DNA of 61,961 bases from Candidatus Omnitrophota bacterium (lineage in GTDB: Bacteria > Omnitrophota > Gorgyraeia > Gygaellales > Profunditerraquicolaceae): assembly GCA_042570405.1 (NCBI GenBank), contig JBHPGR010000005.1:1-61961 (forward strand), read 5' to 3'. The notes under the pieces are model-generated. The model saw nothing but the letters and a program-made list of their open reading frames with translations. It was not told where the DNA came from and did not search any database. Below, one piece after another: positions 52,218-61,961 of the stretch (positions within the stretch are counted from its first letter, which is position 1; each line of letters starts with the position of its first letter). Made by a program: the position numbers and the translations under genes.

Positions 52218-53777
52218 ATGTCAACAGGCAAATCTCTCCTGAAATCAACCGGGATCATCAGCTCTGGTAATCTTTGCTCCCGCATCTTAGGGCTTATCCG
52301 GGACGTGGTGATCGCCCGGGTATTCGGTGTTTATATCTATGCCCAGGCTTTTGTCATTGCCTTTAAGATACCTAATCTCCTGCGCAATCTGGTGGGGGAG
52401 GGAGCGACTAACGCGGCATTTATTCCGGTTTTCAGTGAGTACGCCGCAAAGCGTAGCAAGGAGGATTTTTGGGAGTTAGCGGGTGTCCTTCTTAATCTGC
52501 TTCTGGTGGTTTTGGCAGGGATTACGCTTTTGGGGGTGATCTTGGCTCCGGTGATCGTCAGGGTGATCGCCCCGGGTTTTATCCAGGATCCGCTTAAATT
52601 AGAGACGACGATAAGGCTTACCCGGATCATCTTTCCCTATATTATCTTGATCAGCCTCTGCGCCTATGGCGTAGCGATACTTAACTCGCTTAAGCACTTC
52701 ACGGTCCCGGCCTTTGCACCCTGCCTTTTGAATATATCAATGATCGTCTTTGTTTTGTTATTCAATAAAGGTATAACCGGCCTTGCCTTAGGAGTTTTGG
52801 TTGGGGGAGTCTTACAGCTTTTGGTCCAGCTCCCTGTTCTACGCAGAAAGGGTTTTAGGCTGAAAATCAGCAGCAGATTCAGGCATCCTGCAGTTAACGA
52901 GATAAAGAAATTGATGCTGCCAAGGATCTTTAGCTACGGGATCTATCAGATAAATAATCTTGTGGATTCGATCTTTGGATCTTTGGCGTGGATCGTGGGC
53001 ACGGGGGGTGTAGCGGTACTCTATTTTGCCTACCGGATAATCCAGTTTCCTATAGGGGTCTTTAGTAACGCGCTTGCGCAGGCGGTCCTTCCTGATCTCT
53101 CGCGCCAGGCGCAGGATGAAGACCGCCAGAAGTTAAAAGACACCCTGTCTTTTTCTTTGCGCAGCGTTTTCCTGGTGTTGCTGCCTTCATCCATCGGCCT
53201 GATGACGTTAGCTGGCCCGATCATCTCCGGCCTGTTTCAGGGTGGGAGGTTCGACGCCTATTCCACTCAGGCAACAGCCAGCGCCCTCTTCTTTTACAGT
53301 GTCGGGCTCTGGGCCTACGGCGGTAAGAAGATCATCCATTCGTGTTTTTTTGCGATGAAAGATACCGCCACCCCGGCAAGGGTATCTTTTCTGGCCCTGC
53401 TGATGAATGTTGCCTTAAATCTTGTGCTGATGTTCCCGTTAAAGATCAGCGGCCTTGCCCTGGCCACTTCTATATCCGGGATCATCTCATTCCTGATCCT
53501 CTTACATATATTAAATAACAGGCTCAAGGCCCTGGATCTGGCGTCGATGGTCTCATCTTTTGCGCGCATCCTGCTGGCAAGCTTATGCATGGGGGCAGTG
53601 TGTTATTTCTTCTCAAGAAGGTTTTTTGTTTTAGCAGATACCATCCCGCAGAGGATAATCAATCTGGCAAGCCTGGTCCTCTTGGGGGTGGCATCTTATA
53701 TTGTTTTTTGTTTTATCTTTAAGATCCGCGAGATGCAGGAGTTGTGGAAGTGGTTGGCAGAAAAGAAGCGCGCATAA
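52218..53777 (+). CDS. murJ: Lipid II flippase MurJ
   Basis: RILGLIRDVVIARVFG...NLLRNLVGEGATNAAFIPVF; 14-TM profile. Confidence 0.9.
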   Translation: MSTGKSLLKSTGIISSGNLCSRILGLIRDVVIARVFGVYIYAQAFVIAFKIPNLLRNLVGEGATNAAFIPVFSEYAAKRSKEDFWELAGVLLNLLLVVLAGITLLGVILAPVIVRVIAPGFIQDPLKLETTIRLTRIIFPYIILISLCAYGVAILNSLKHFTVPAFAPCLLNISMIVFVLLFNKGITGLALGVLVGGVLQLLVQLPVLRRKGFRLKISSRFRHPAVNEIKKLMLPRIFSYGIYQINNLVDSIFGSLAWIVGTGGVAVLYFAYRIIQFPIGVFSNALAQAVLPDLSRQAQDEDRQKLKDTLSFSLRSVFLVLLPSSIGLMTLAGPIISGLFQGGRFDAYSTQATASALFFYSVGLWAYGGKKIIHSCFFAMKDTATPARVSFLALLMNVALNLVLMFPLKISGLALATSISGIISFLILLHILNNRLKALDLASMVSSFARILLASLCMGAVCYFFSRRFFVLADTIPQRIINLASLVLLGVASYIVFCFIFKIREMQELWKWLAEKKRA

Positions 53778-55033
53778 AAAGGAAGGTCAAGGCAATACCA
53801 GAGAGTTGCGGCGTTTATATATTCAAAGATAGGCGCGGCAGGATCCTTTATATCGGTAAAGCCAAATCCCTAAAGAAGCGCGTAAAGTCATATTTTACCC
53901 GTGACCTCTCATCCAAAACTCAAGTTCTGGTCTCTAAGACCGCCGGTATTGAATACCGGGTCACCCGCTCTGAGCACCAGGCGCGGATGCTTGAGGCTTC
54001 GCTCGTCAGAGAGCTTCAGCCCCATTACAACATAGACCTGAAGGATGACAAATCTTTCCCCGTGGTCAGGTTTAGCGGTGAAAAATTTCCTTTAGTCTCC
54101 ATCTGCAGGACGCATTCACTAAAGGGAGCGCAAGGGGAAGTGTATCTTGGCCCCTTTACAGATGCTAAAGCCCTGCGCTCGACCCTGAAGGCGATGCGCC
54201 GCGTCTTTGGCTTCCGCTCCTGTAAGAGCCTACCTAAGAAGCCATGCCTGTATTACCGGCTTAAACTTTGTCCTGCGCCCTGCATTGGTAAGATCAGCGC
54301 GATGGCTTACGGGGAGACGATGAAACAGATACAGTTATTTCTGGAATCAAAATACGAAGATCTGATCGATAGGCTCTCCGCAAGGATGCAACGCGCGGCA
54401 AGGGCTCACAGGTTTGAAGAGGCCGGCAGGATCAGGGATCAGATCAGGACCTTGAGCGTGGCGGGTGAAACCGGTGGAAAGTTTTGGCGGCAGACAAAAG
54501 GTGTAAGATCCGGCTGCCGCACGGAGGTAGAGGACCTAAAGAGGCTGCTTAGATTAAAGAGATTGCCTTTGCGCATAGAGGCCTTTGATATATCCAATAT
54601 TTCTGGAAAAGAGGCCTGTGGCTCTATGGTCAGCTTCTACCTGGGCTCGCCCGATAAGGATAATTACCGGCGCTTTCGCATAAAAACAGTGCATTCAGTC
54701 GATGATTATGCGATGCTCAGAGAAGTGATCTTCCGCCGCTATTTCAGGGTAGCGAGGGAACGGCTTATTTTAGCGGACCTGGCGTTGATCGACGGAGGCA
54801 GGGCGCATCTTTTGACTGCCGCAGGCCAGATCAAAGGGCTAGGCTTAAAGATTCCAGTAGCCAGCATAGCCAAGGAGAAGGAGAATATCTATATTCTCGC
54901 TAAGTCTACTCCGATAAGGCTCAAGAATGATACGCCGGCGCTAAATCTGATCCGCAGAATACGCGATGAGGCGCATCGCTTTGCAATCAAATACCACCAC
55001 TTGTTAAGAAGAAAGAAGCTTATCGGTAAGTAA
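53744..55033 (+). CDS. uvrC: UvrC-like excinuclease lacking the C-terminal (HhH)2 domain
   Basis: It has GIY-YIG (GVYIFKDRRGRILYIGKAKSLKKRVKSYF), a Cys cluster CKSLPKKPCLYYRLKLCPAPC, a UVR motif (RFEEAGRIRDQI), IEAFDISN, and DEAHRFAI near the C-terminus. It has a GTG start, and the exact start is uncertain. Confidence 0.8.
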   Translation: MEVVGRKEARIKRKVKAIPESCGVYIFKDRRGRILYIGKAKSLKKRVKSYFTRDLSSKTQVLVSKTAGIEYRVTRSEHQARMLEASLVRELQPHYNIDLKDDKSFPVVRFSGEKFPLVSICRTHSLKGAQGEVYLGPFTDAKALRSTLKAMRRVFGFRSCKSLPKKPCLYYRLKLCPAPCIGKISAMAYGETMKQIQLFLESKYEDLIDRLSARMQRAARAHRFEEAGRIRDQIRTLSVAGETGGKFWRQTKGVRSGCRTEVEDLKRLLRLKRLPLRIEAFDISNISGKEACGSMVSFYLGSPDKDNYRRFRIKTVHSVDDYAMLREVIFRRYFRVARERLILADLALIDGGRAHLLTAAGQIKGLGLKIPVASIAKEKENIYILAKSTPIRLKNDTPALNLIRRIRDEAHRFAIKYHHLLRRKKLIGK

Positions 55034-55157
55034 ATTTACGACTAGATGCTTGTTAAATACTAAATTGTAAATCCCAATCTTCCAAACAAATTCCAGTTTA
55101 GAACTTAGAGCTTAGAATTTGTTTAGGATTTCGTGTTTAGGATTTAGAATTTAAGAT

Positions 55158-55427
55158 ATGACCGACTTCGCTAAAAAAGTATATAAGATCGTTTCGGGCA
55201 TACCGTTAGGCCAGGTGCGTACCTATAAATGGGTGGCTGAAAGATCCGGTAGCCCGCGCGCCTGCAGGGCGGTCGGCCAGATATTAAAGAAGAACCCGTA
55301 TCCTTTGATCATCCCCTGCCACCGGGTGGTCAAATCCAGCGGAGAATACGGCGGATATTCGGGGGGTAAGGAAAACAAGAAAAATATTATAAATCTTGAG
55401 CGACAAATCAGAAAGTTAATGCTATAA
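55158..55427 (+). CDS. ogt: Methylated-DNA-protein-cysteine methyltransferase, C-terminal (active-site) domain only
   Basis: VYKIVSGIPLGQVRTYKWVA...RAVGQILKKNPYPLIIPCHRVV. The PCHR active site is present. Confidence 0.8.
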   Translation: MTDFAKKVYKIVSGIPLGQVRTYKWVAERSGSPRACRAVGQILKKNPYPLIIPCHRVVKSSGEYGGYSGGKENKKNIINLERQIRKLML

Positions 55428-55442
55428 TATAGCCGGAGGTGG

Positions 55443-56519
55443 ATGATGAGCATAAAGAGTCTTTTGAAGCAGATGGTTGAGAGGGATGCCTCAGATGTCT
55501 TCTACCGAGCCGGCGGTCCGCCGCGCCTGAGGATCGATGGAAACGTAGTAGCCGCAGGTGATAAGGATCTAAGCGTCGAAGATTTAAATCAGGCGGTCGA
55601 GGATCTGGCGACCCCTGAGCAGAGGCAGGCCTTCAAGAAGAAATTAGACGTTGATTTCGGCCTGTATCTGGAGGGGCTTAAGCGGCGCTTCCGGGTGAGT
55701 ATCTTTATGCAGAGAAACTGCCCCTCTATCGTTATCAGAAATATCCGTGATTTCGTAGCGACCTTTGAGGAGCTCAATCTGCCTGCAGATATCCTGAAGA
55801 ATTTATCCCTCGAAAAGAGGGGGGTTGTACTGCTTACGGGAAGCGTGGGTAGCGGAAAATCTACCACCCTGGCCAGCATGATGGAATATATGAACAGCAA
55901 TTGCAACCGGCATGTCCTGACGGTAGAAGAGCCGATCGAGTTTACCTTTAAAGACAAGAACTGTATCATCAACCAGAGAGAGTTAGGGGTGGACGTTACT
56001 GATTACGAGACTGCATTGCGTGGTTTCACGCTGCAGAGCCCCGACGTTATATATATCGCTAATATCAGGGATCAGGATACGATGTCTGCTGCGATAACCG
56101 CAGGGGAGACCGGAGTCCTGGTCTTAAGCACACTGCACACGGTAAATGCAGCCCAGACCGTAGAGAGGATCATAAATTTCTTTCCCCCTCACCAGCACCA
56201 CCAGGTCAGGATGCAGCTTTCCTATCTTTTAAAGGGCGTCGTCTCTCTCAGGCTGGTGCCTTTAAAGTCAGGGACGGGCAGGGTCCCGGCATATGAGGTC
56301 ATGCTGCTTACTCCGACGATCAGCCGCTTGATCAGGGAGGATAAGATCTTTGAGATCCCTAAGTATATCGAAGACGGGTCTATCTTCGGTATGCAATCTT
56401 TTAACCAGTCCCTGGTAAGATTGGTACAGGAAGAAAAGATCAGCAAAGAGCAGGCGATGGAATTTGCGGATAGTAAAGAGGAGTTTTCCCTTGCCTTAAA
56501 GGGGATCAGTAAGAGATAG
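55443..56519 (+). CDS. pilT: Type IV pilus retraction ATPase PilT
   Basis: ASDVFYRAGGPPRLRIDG, Walker A GSVGSGKST, and TLHT. Confidence 0.85.
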   Translation: MMSIKSLLKQMVERDASDVFYRAGGPPRLRIDGNVVAAGDKDLSVEDLNQAVEDLATPEQRQAFKKKLDVDFGLYLEGLKRRFRVSIFMQRNCPSIVIRNIRDFVATFEELNLPADILKNLSLEKRGVVLLTGSVGSGKSTTLASMMEYMNSNCNRHVLTVEEPIEFTFKDKNCIINQRELGVDVTDYETALRGFTLQSPDVIYIANIRDQDTMSAAITAGETGVLVLSTLHTVNAAQTVERIINFFPPHQHHQVRMQLSYLLKGVVSLRLVPLKSGTGRVPAYEVMLLTPTISRLIREDKIFEIPKYIEDGSIFGMQSFNQSLVRLVQEEKISKEQAMEFADSKEEFSLALKGISKR

Positions 56520-56533
56520 AAGGAGACGCGATA

Positions 56534-57644
56534 ATGTTGGAAGGGATAAAGTCAAAACTTACGTCGATTAAGAAACAGCTTGATAATTTAAGAGGTTATC
56601 TTTGACATAGATAACAAGAAGCAGAGGATCGAAGAGCTCTCCCGCCGCATGTCCGACCCCGGATTTTGGCAAGATTCCGCCAACTCCACAAAGACTGTCA
56701 AGGAACTTAAAATTCTAAAAGGACTTGTTGAGCCCTGGGGCAAGGCCTTTAAGAAATACCAGGAGCTTGAAGAGTTATCAGGCGTTTTGAAGGGGGAGGA
56801 TAAGGATTTGATCGGTGAGCTTTCGGCTGGCGTTGAAACGCTCTCGGGAGAGACCGAAAAGCTGGATTTCAAGGCACTTTTTTCCGGTGAGTATGACGGC
56901 AACAACGCGATCCTCAGCATCAATGCCGGAGCCGGAGGCACAGAATCATGCGATTGGGCCCAGATGCTCTTGCGCATGTATACCCGCTATGCAGAGGGGC
57001 AGGGGTATAAAGTAAAGCCAATAGATATCCTTTACGGCGATGAAGCAGGTGTCAAGAACGCCACGATCATGATCGAAGGCGAATATGCTTTTGGGAACCT
57101 GCAATCAGAGCGCGGCGTGCACAGGCTGGTGCGGATATCTCCTTTTGATGCAAATAAGCGCCGCCATACATCCTTTTCTTCTGTGGATGTGATCCCCGAG
57201 ATCGAAGAAGCTGCGGATATTAAGTTAGAGGATAAGGACCTGCGCATCGATGTCTACCGTTCTCAGGGGGCGGGGGGGCAGAGTGTAAATACCACCGACT
57301 CTGCGGTGAGAATCACCCATTTGCCCAGCGGTATAGTAGTCCAGTGCCAGAACGAGCGCTCGCAGTATCAGAATAAACAGACTGCGATGAAGGTCTTGAA
57401 GGCGCGCCTTTTTGAATCAGAGCGGAAAAAGAAGGATGACCAGCTTCAGAAACAATACGGCTCCCAGAAGAAGAAGATCGAGTGGGGAAGTCAGATCCGC
57501 TCTTATGTGATGCATCCTTATAGCCTTGTGAAGGACCATCGCAGCGGATTTGAAAGCGGGGATGTGGCTAAAGTCATGGACGGGGCGATCGGGGGATTAA
57601 TCGAAGCGTATCTTAGAAAATGGACTGCAGATAAATCAAAATAA
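56534..57644 (+). CDS. prfB: Peptide chain release factor 2, join(56534..56602,56604..57644) via a programmed +1 frameshift
   Basis: Frame 0 reads [23 protein letters not shown] and then TGA. The +1 frame continues [22 protein letters not shown]... SPF and GGQ motifs are present downstream. Confidence 0.9.
56591..56606 (+). promoter_or_regulatory. RF2 autoregulatory +1 frameshift site
   Basis: aga ggt tat CTT TGA C: an SD-like agagg lies upstream of the slippery CUU UGA C. Confidence 0.85.
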
Positions 57645-60601
57645 TGTTAAGCTACATAAAGAAACTCAGCCTTAAGCGCAAACAAAACACGATCAAAAAG
57701 AGATTCCCTTCGGTTAATATCGCGCTTCATCCGGATATGCCCGGGCCCTCTGTGGCTAAGATGGTAGAGCTGGCCAGTAGGGTGGCGGAGGTGAATGCGC
57801 TGGAGCCTGTGATCAGCGCCCTCTCCGACGCCCAATTAAAGGCAAAGAGCGAGGAATTCAGAAAACATATCTTAAAGAAATTTAAAGAGCAGGAGAAGGT
57901 TTTTAAAGAGTTGGAGGAGGCTTTATCCCAAGTGGCGATCCCCGAGGAGAAGGATAAGCTTAAGGAGAAGTTAAAGATCAGCAGGAATAGGGTCTTTGAA
58001 GATATACTTCCTGAGGCCTTTGCCGTAGTAAGAGAGGCCTCAAAGCGTACGATCGGCCTGCGGCATTTCGACGTTCAGATCGCCGGAGGAATAGTCCTGC
58101 ACGAGGGAAGGATCGCTGAGATGGCCACAGGCGAGGGAAAGACCCTGGTCGCCACGCTTGCTGCGTATCTCAACGCCCTCCTTGGCCGGGGGATGCATAT
58201 CATCACAGTCAATGATTATCTTGCTCACCGCGACCGGGAGTGGATGGGCCCGATCTATGAGTTCTTAGGCTTAACGGTCGGGGCAATTCAGCATGAGATG
58301 TCGGATGACCAGAGAAAGCAGGCGTATTCCTGCGATATAACATACGGCACGAACAATGAATTCGGCTTTGATTATCTGCGCGACAATATGAAGTATTCAC
58401 TCGACGACCTGGTGCAGAGGCTACCCTTCTATGCTGTCCTTGATGAGGTAGACTCCATATTAGTCGATGAGGCGCGCACTCCGTTGATCATTTCCGGACC
58501 GGCCGAGGAATCAACCGAAAAGTACTATACTGCAAGAAGCATCGTCGGACAACTTAAGGGCAAGCGCATCACCGAGAAGGATGAGATAGAAGCTAAACAT
58601 AAGGGAGAGGATTTATCCCAGGGGTTTGACTATGTGGCCGATGAGAAGGCGCACACCGTTGCCCTGACCGATGACGGAGAAGATAAGGCAGCGCGCTCCT
58701 GGGGGATAGAGAGCCTACACAGTATAGAGACGATGGAGTACCGCCACCATACGATCCAGGCGCTGCGCGCTAAGGAATTCTTTAAGCGCGATGTGGATTA
58801 TGTAATAAAAGAGGGACAGGTAGTGATCGTCGATGAGTTTACCGGAAGGATGATGCCGGGCAGGCGCTGGTCTGACGGCCTGCATCAGGCGGTAGAGGCT
58901 AAGGAGGGGTTGAAGATCGAGCGCGAAAATCAGACTCTGGCCACAGTCACCTTCCAGAACTTTTTCCGCATGTATGAGAAATTAGCCGGTATGACCGGTA
59001 CCGCATACACCGAGGCAAATGAATTCAAGGGGATCTATAGGCTCGATGTTGTAGTTATCCCCACTAACAGGCCCCTGATGCGCACCAATCATCCGGATTG
59101 CGTTTACAGGACGCAGGGTGAGAAATTTAAAGCGGTCGTCGAAGAGATCGCCGAACTGCACAAGCTCGGAAGGCCCGTACTTGTGGGGACGATATCTATC
59201 GAGAGATCAGAATTTCTCTCCGAGATGTTGAAGCAGAGCGGTATCCCGCATCAGGTGCTCAACGCCAAATACCACGAGATGGAAGCGCAGATCATCGCTC
59301 AGGCAGGCAGGTTCCAGGGGGTTACCATCGCTACCAATATGGCTGGCCGCGGCACCGATATAGTGCTTGGCGGCAATGCCGAGTTTATTGCGCGGAATCT
59401 AGCCAGGGATAAATTAAAACCGCATGATCCCGCCTATCAGCAAGAGTACGCTAAATTATTGGAGAGATTTAAGCAGGAGACCGATACAGAGCATAAGAAG
59501 GTCGTATCGGTGGGAGGCCTGCATGTATTAGGTACAGAGCGCCATGAGGCGCGGCGCATCGATAATCAGCTGCGCGGCCGCTCAGGCAGGCAGGGAGATC
59601 CCGGATCATCGAGGTTCTATGTCGCATTAGAGGATGACTTGATGCGCCTTTTTGGTTCAGAGAGGCTGATCGGGATGATGGATAAGCTGGGGCTTGAGGA
59701 GGGGCAGGTGATCGAACACCCCTGGGTGAGTAAATCCATCGAGATCGCCCAAAGGCGCGTAGAGCAGCATAACTTTGAGATCAGAAAGCAGCTCTTGGAG
59801 TATGATAATGTGATGAATAAGCAGAGAGAGGTGATCTACGGGCAGCGGCGCCACATTTTAGGGGGAGCATCTCTGAAGAATGATATCCTGGAGGCATTAG
59901 ATAAATTCATAGATGAATCTTTGGCAATTTATGCAGCCCAAACCCTCGATCCTGCGGATTGGGATTTCGCAGGGATGGTCAACAGCCTCAAATTAAGGTT
60001 TGGAGTAGAACTTGATCAGGGGGCCCTGGAGGGGATGGCCAAAAAAGAGATCAAGGAGAGCCTCTTAAAGAGATTCACTGATTTTTACGAGAAAAAGGAA
60101 GGATCTGTCGGCAAGCCGATGATGCGCCACCTGGAGCAGATGGTCTTCCTGCAGGTCGTAGACAGTAAGTGGAAGGATCATTTATTGGCTATGGATCACC
60201 TGCGCGAGGGAATCGGCCTGCGCGCATACGGCCAGCGTGATCCGCTGATCGAATACAAGCGCGAGGCATTCACGATGTTTTCTCAGATGGTCTCGAGTAT
60301 CGAGGATGAAGCGATAGAAGCGGTATTCAAATTGCAGCCGGTAAAGCCCGAGAGGCTGCGCGGAGTATTCAGCTCCCTCTCTAAGGAGCTCTCTCACCCT
60401 GAGGTAAAAAAGTTTGAACAGGCCGCTCAACATCCTGTTGCCCAGGATGGTCCTCCTGAGTTGCCGCAGCAAAAAATCACGCCGGCAAAAACATCCGGCC
60501 CTAAAGTGGGACGTAACGACCCCTGCCCCTGCGGCAAAATAGATCCTAAAACAGGCAAGCCGCTAAAATACAAAAAATGTTGTTACCTAAAACATGGATG
60601 A
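57644..60601 (+). CDS. secA: Preprotein translocase ATPase SecA
   Basis: [55 protein letters not shown], and a C-terminal zinc motif CPCG...KYKKCC. Confidence 0.95.
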   Translation: MLSYIKKLSLKRKQNTIKKRFPSVNIALHPDMPGPSVAKMVELASRVAEVNALEPVISALSDAQLKAKSEEFRKHILKKFKEQEKVFKELEEALSQVAIPEEKDKLKEKLKISRNRVFEDILPEAFAVVREASKRTIGLRHFDVQIAGGIVLHEGRIAEMATGEGKTLVATLAAYLNALLGRGMHIITVNDYLAHRDREWMGPIYEFLGLTVGAIQHEMSDDQRKQAYSCDITYGTNNEFGFDYLRDNMKYSLDDLVQRLPFYAVLDEVDSILVDEARTPLIISGPAEESTEKYYTARSIVGQLKGKRITEKDEIEAKHKGEDLSQGFDYVADEKAHTVALTDDGEDKAARSWGIESLHSIETMEYRHHTIQALRAKEFFKRDVDYVIKEGQVVIVDEFTGRMMPGRRWSDGLHQAVEAKEGLKIERENQTLATVTFQNFFRMYEKLAGMTGTAYTEANEFKGIYRLDVVVIPTNRPLMRTNHPDCVYRTQGEKFKAVVEEIAELHKLGRPVLVGTISIERSEFLSEMLKQSGIPHQVLNAKYHEMEAQIIAQAGRFQGVTIATNMAGRGTDIVLGGNAEFIARNLARDKLKPHDPAYQQEYAKLLERFKQETDTEHKKVVSVGGLHVLGTERHEARRIDNQLRGRSGRQGDPGSSRFYVALEDDLMRLFGSERLIGMMDKLGLEEGQVIEHPWVSKSIEIAQRRVEQHNFEIRKQLLEYDNVMNKQREVIYGQRRHILGGASLKNDILEALDKFIDESLAIYAAQTLDPADWDFAGMVNSLKLRFGVELDQGALEGMAKKEIKESLLKRFTDFYEKKEGSVGKPMMRHLEQMVFLQVVDSKWKDHLLAMDHLREGIGLRAYGQRDPLIEYKREAFTMFSQMVSSIEDEAIEAVFKLQPVKPERLRGVFSSLSKELSHPEVKKFEQAAQHPVAQDGPPELPQQKITPAKTSGPKVGRNDPCPCGKIDPKTGKPLKYKKCCYLKHG

Positions 60602-61164
60602 GGAGATTTTTGTATCTTAATGAGTTTCTTTTGAAGACGATATATGTCTTTTCTGCTGTTTAAACTAAAATTTCCTTTAGTAACAAGCGTGTGGCAATTA
60701 GGGCAGAGCACCATTAAATTGTTGATTTTATGCAGGCCGCCCTTATTTTTGGGTATAATATGATGACTCTCAACGACTAAGCTATATCCACAGAGCTCAC
60801 ATTTATTTCCATATTTTTTTATCGCTTGCATACGGACCCAAGCCCTGTGCTTTTTTATGTCACCACAAAGATATTTTTTGATTCCTAATTTTCTTCTGCG
60901 GTATCTTATCGTCCATTGAGTAGCTCCTTTAAAACCATTCTTTTTTAATTCTTTAGCGATTTCTTTATCAAGCGATCGTTTACAGTTTTTGCGAATAAAG
61001 TCATCAACAACGGGATGAGGTAATTTTTCTAATTTATGGAAATTTTTTTGTAGACCAGGATGTCCGTGGCGCTTAATTCGAGCCAAATGCATAGGACAAT
61101 AAATCTCTCTTGTTTCTTTGTATCTTGTAGTCTTTGAACATCCTTTTAGCGTGCACTTAGGCAT
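60583..61164 (-). CDS. Free-standing HNH endonuclease (homing-endonuclease-like)
   Basis: [40 protein letters not shown]. The gene is AT-rich, and its last 19 nt overlap the secA 3' end. Confidence 0.7.
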   Translation of the reverse strand: MPKCTLKGCSKTTRYKETREIYCPMHLARIKRHGHPGLQKNFHKLEKLPHPVVDDFIRKNCKRSLDKEIAKELKKNGFKGATQWTIRYRRRKLGIKKYLCGDIKKHRAWVRMQAIKKYGNKCELCGYSLVVESHHIIPKNKGGLHKINNLMVLCPNCHTLVTKGNFSLNSRKDIYRLQKKLIKIQKSPHPCFR

Positions 61165-61325
61165 ACGTAATATTATAGTACGTTATTTCAACCTGTCAAC
61201 AATGATCTTTAAATTTTTAAAATATAAGAAATGTTGTTAATAATTGGCTGTTAATACGAAATAATTTTTGTAGGAGAGTTACAGTGCGATTGAAAAAAAT
61301 CTTTATAATGGTAAAATACTAACCA

Positions 61326-61955
61326 ATGAAGAGGAATACTTTTTTTGTTTTTCTTTCCGCCGTACTCTTAACCCTTTCTTTTTCCAACTTTAAACTCTGG
61401 GTTTTAGCCTGGTTTGGGTTTGTACCCCTGCTTTTTGCCATAGAAAATAAATCAAAAACAAAAGCTTTTTTCCTTTCATACCTTACCGGGATAATCTTCT
61501 GGTCGGGTACAATCTATTGGTTGATCCATGTAACACTCCTCGGCACGATCATACTTGTTTTATATCTGGCTTTGTTTTTCGGATTATTCGGGTTAATCGT
61601 TACGAAATACGAAATACGAAATACGAAGTACGCAATCGTATTTATTCCTTCAGTCTGGGTTATTTTAGAATTTATCCGGGGGAATCTCTTTACCGGATTC
61701 CCGTGGGCGCTCCTGGGCTACTCTCAGTACCTGAATCTTCCGGCGATCCAGATAGCAGATATCACCGGGGCCTGGGGGGTCTCATTCCTGGTGATGATGG
61801 TCAATATTACAGTTTATTCGATCCTTGATACTCGATACTCGATCCTGGCCGGGAAGAGAAAATATTTAACGACGGTTCTTGCTGTAGTCGTTGTTTTAAT
61901 ATACGGTTATTATAGGATTTATCACAGACCGGGGGGAGGGCCACTTCGGCGCTAA
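61326..61955 (+). CDS. lnt: Apolipoprotein N-acyltransferase, N-terminal membrane domain only (stops before the CN-hydrolase domain, 6 nt from the window end)
   Basis: LSFSNFKLWVLAWFGFVPLLFAI...EFIRGNLFTGFPWALLGYSQY...IQIADITGAWGVSFLV. Confidence 0.75.
   Translation: MKRNTFFVFLSAVLLTLSFSNFKLWVLAWFGFVPLLFAIENKSKTKAFFLSYLTGIIFWSGTIYWLIHVTLLGTIILVLYLALFFGLFGLIVTKYEIRNTKYAIVFIPSVWVILEFIRGNLFTGFPWALLGYSQYLNLPAIQIADITGAWGVSFLVMMVNITVYSILDTRYSILAGKRKYLTTVLAVVVVLIYGYYRIYHRPGGGPLRR
61601..61635 (+). repeat. Heptanucleotide tandem repeat (tacgaaa x3, tacgaag, tacgcaa) inside lnt
   Basis: Read directly. It encodes TKYEIRNTKYA. A second heptamer run, gatactc gatactc gatcc, lies at 61827-61845. Confidence 0.85.
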
Positions 61956-61961
61956 GCGTAG

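Noticed and set aside
55034-55157. Low-complexity ttagaa/ttaggattt repeats and a 10-bp stem (aaacaaattc/gaatttgttt) after uvrC as a possible ncRNA
   Set aside because: The region is short, AT-rich and simple-sequence. It is most economically explained as a terminator or spacer between uvrC and ogt, and no known RNA family features are present.
61517-61828. Alternate-frame ORF inside lnt (reads YEIRNTKYEVRN...)
   Set aside because: It is the out-of-frame reading of the heptamer-repeat region. The lnt frame has clear family motifs (FTGFPWALLGYSQ).

Overview
This 61.9-kb window comes from a diderm bacterium. BamD, LptE, TolC, Lnt, a LolA-like protein and an RND pump are all present. Several housekeeping genes are shortened, which suggests a small-genome, probably uncultivated lineage (inference only). 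There are three parts. (1) nt 2-10207 is the 3' portion of one giant ORF. Its frame is open to the left window edge, so more than 3,400 codons are visible and the true start lies upstream. It reads as beads on a string: about 12 GC-rich Pro/Ala linkers separate a duplicated novel module, a receiver domain, GNAT-like modules, a CheD-like Thr/Cys/His module, a metallophosphatase, a SAM methyltransferase and a kinase-like module. This is my top candidate for an undescribed system. (2) nt 10743-22366 is an AT-richer integrative element of about 11.6 kb that splits the competence gene comM. It is flanked by a perfect 22-bp direct repeat. It carries tandem small and large serine recombinases and a cI/Cro-like switch. 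Its cargo is made almost entirely of small membrane, lipoprotein and secreted proteins, organised with repeated cassette-like junction and leader sequences. (3) nt 23.4-61.9 kb is core genome: PAP2-like, LysM-YkuD, accA, PadR, a MarR-TolC-RND operon with no adaptor gene, an ADH and aldolase pair, an acyl-CoA ligase/MMPL/LolA-like/DUF1302-like cluster, DUF169, rlmN, an SGNH lipase, tRNA-Leu(CAA), tRNA-Ala(GGC), nfo, a CheY-like regulator, leuS, comEA, comEC, bamD, lptE, holA, rpsT, murJ, uvrC, ogt, pilT, prfB (with its +1 frameshift), secA and lnt. Two AT-rich homing-endonuclease-like genes are embedded in it (LAGLIDADG-like next to tRNA-Ala, HNH next to secA). It also contains a tandem array of tRNA-Ala 5' fragments and several repeated palindromic motifs. 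All calls come from reading the sequence and the ORF translations. No database search was run.
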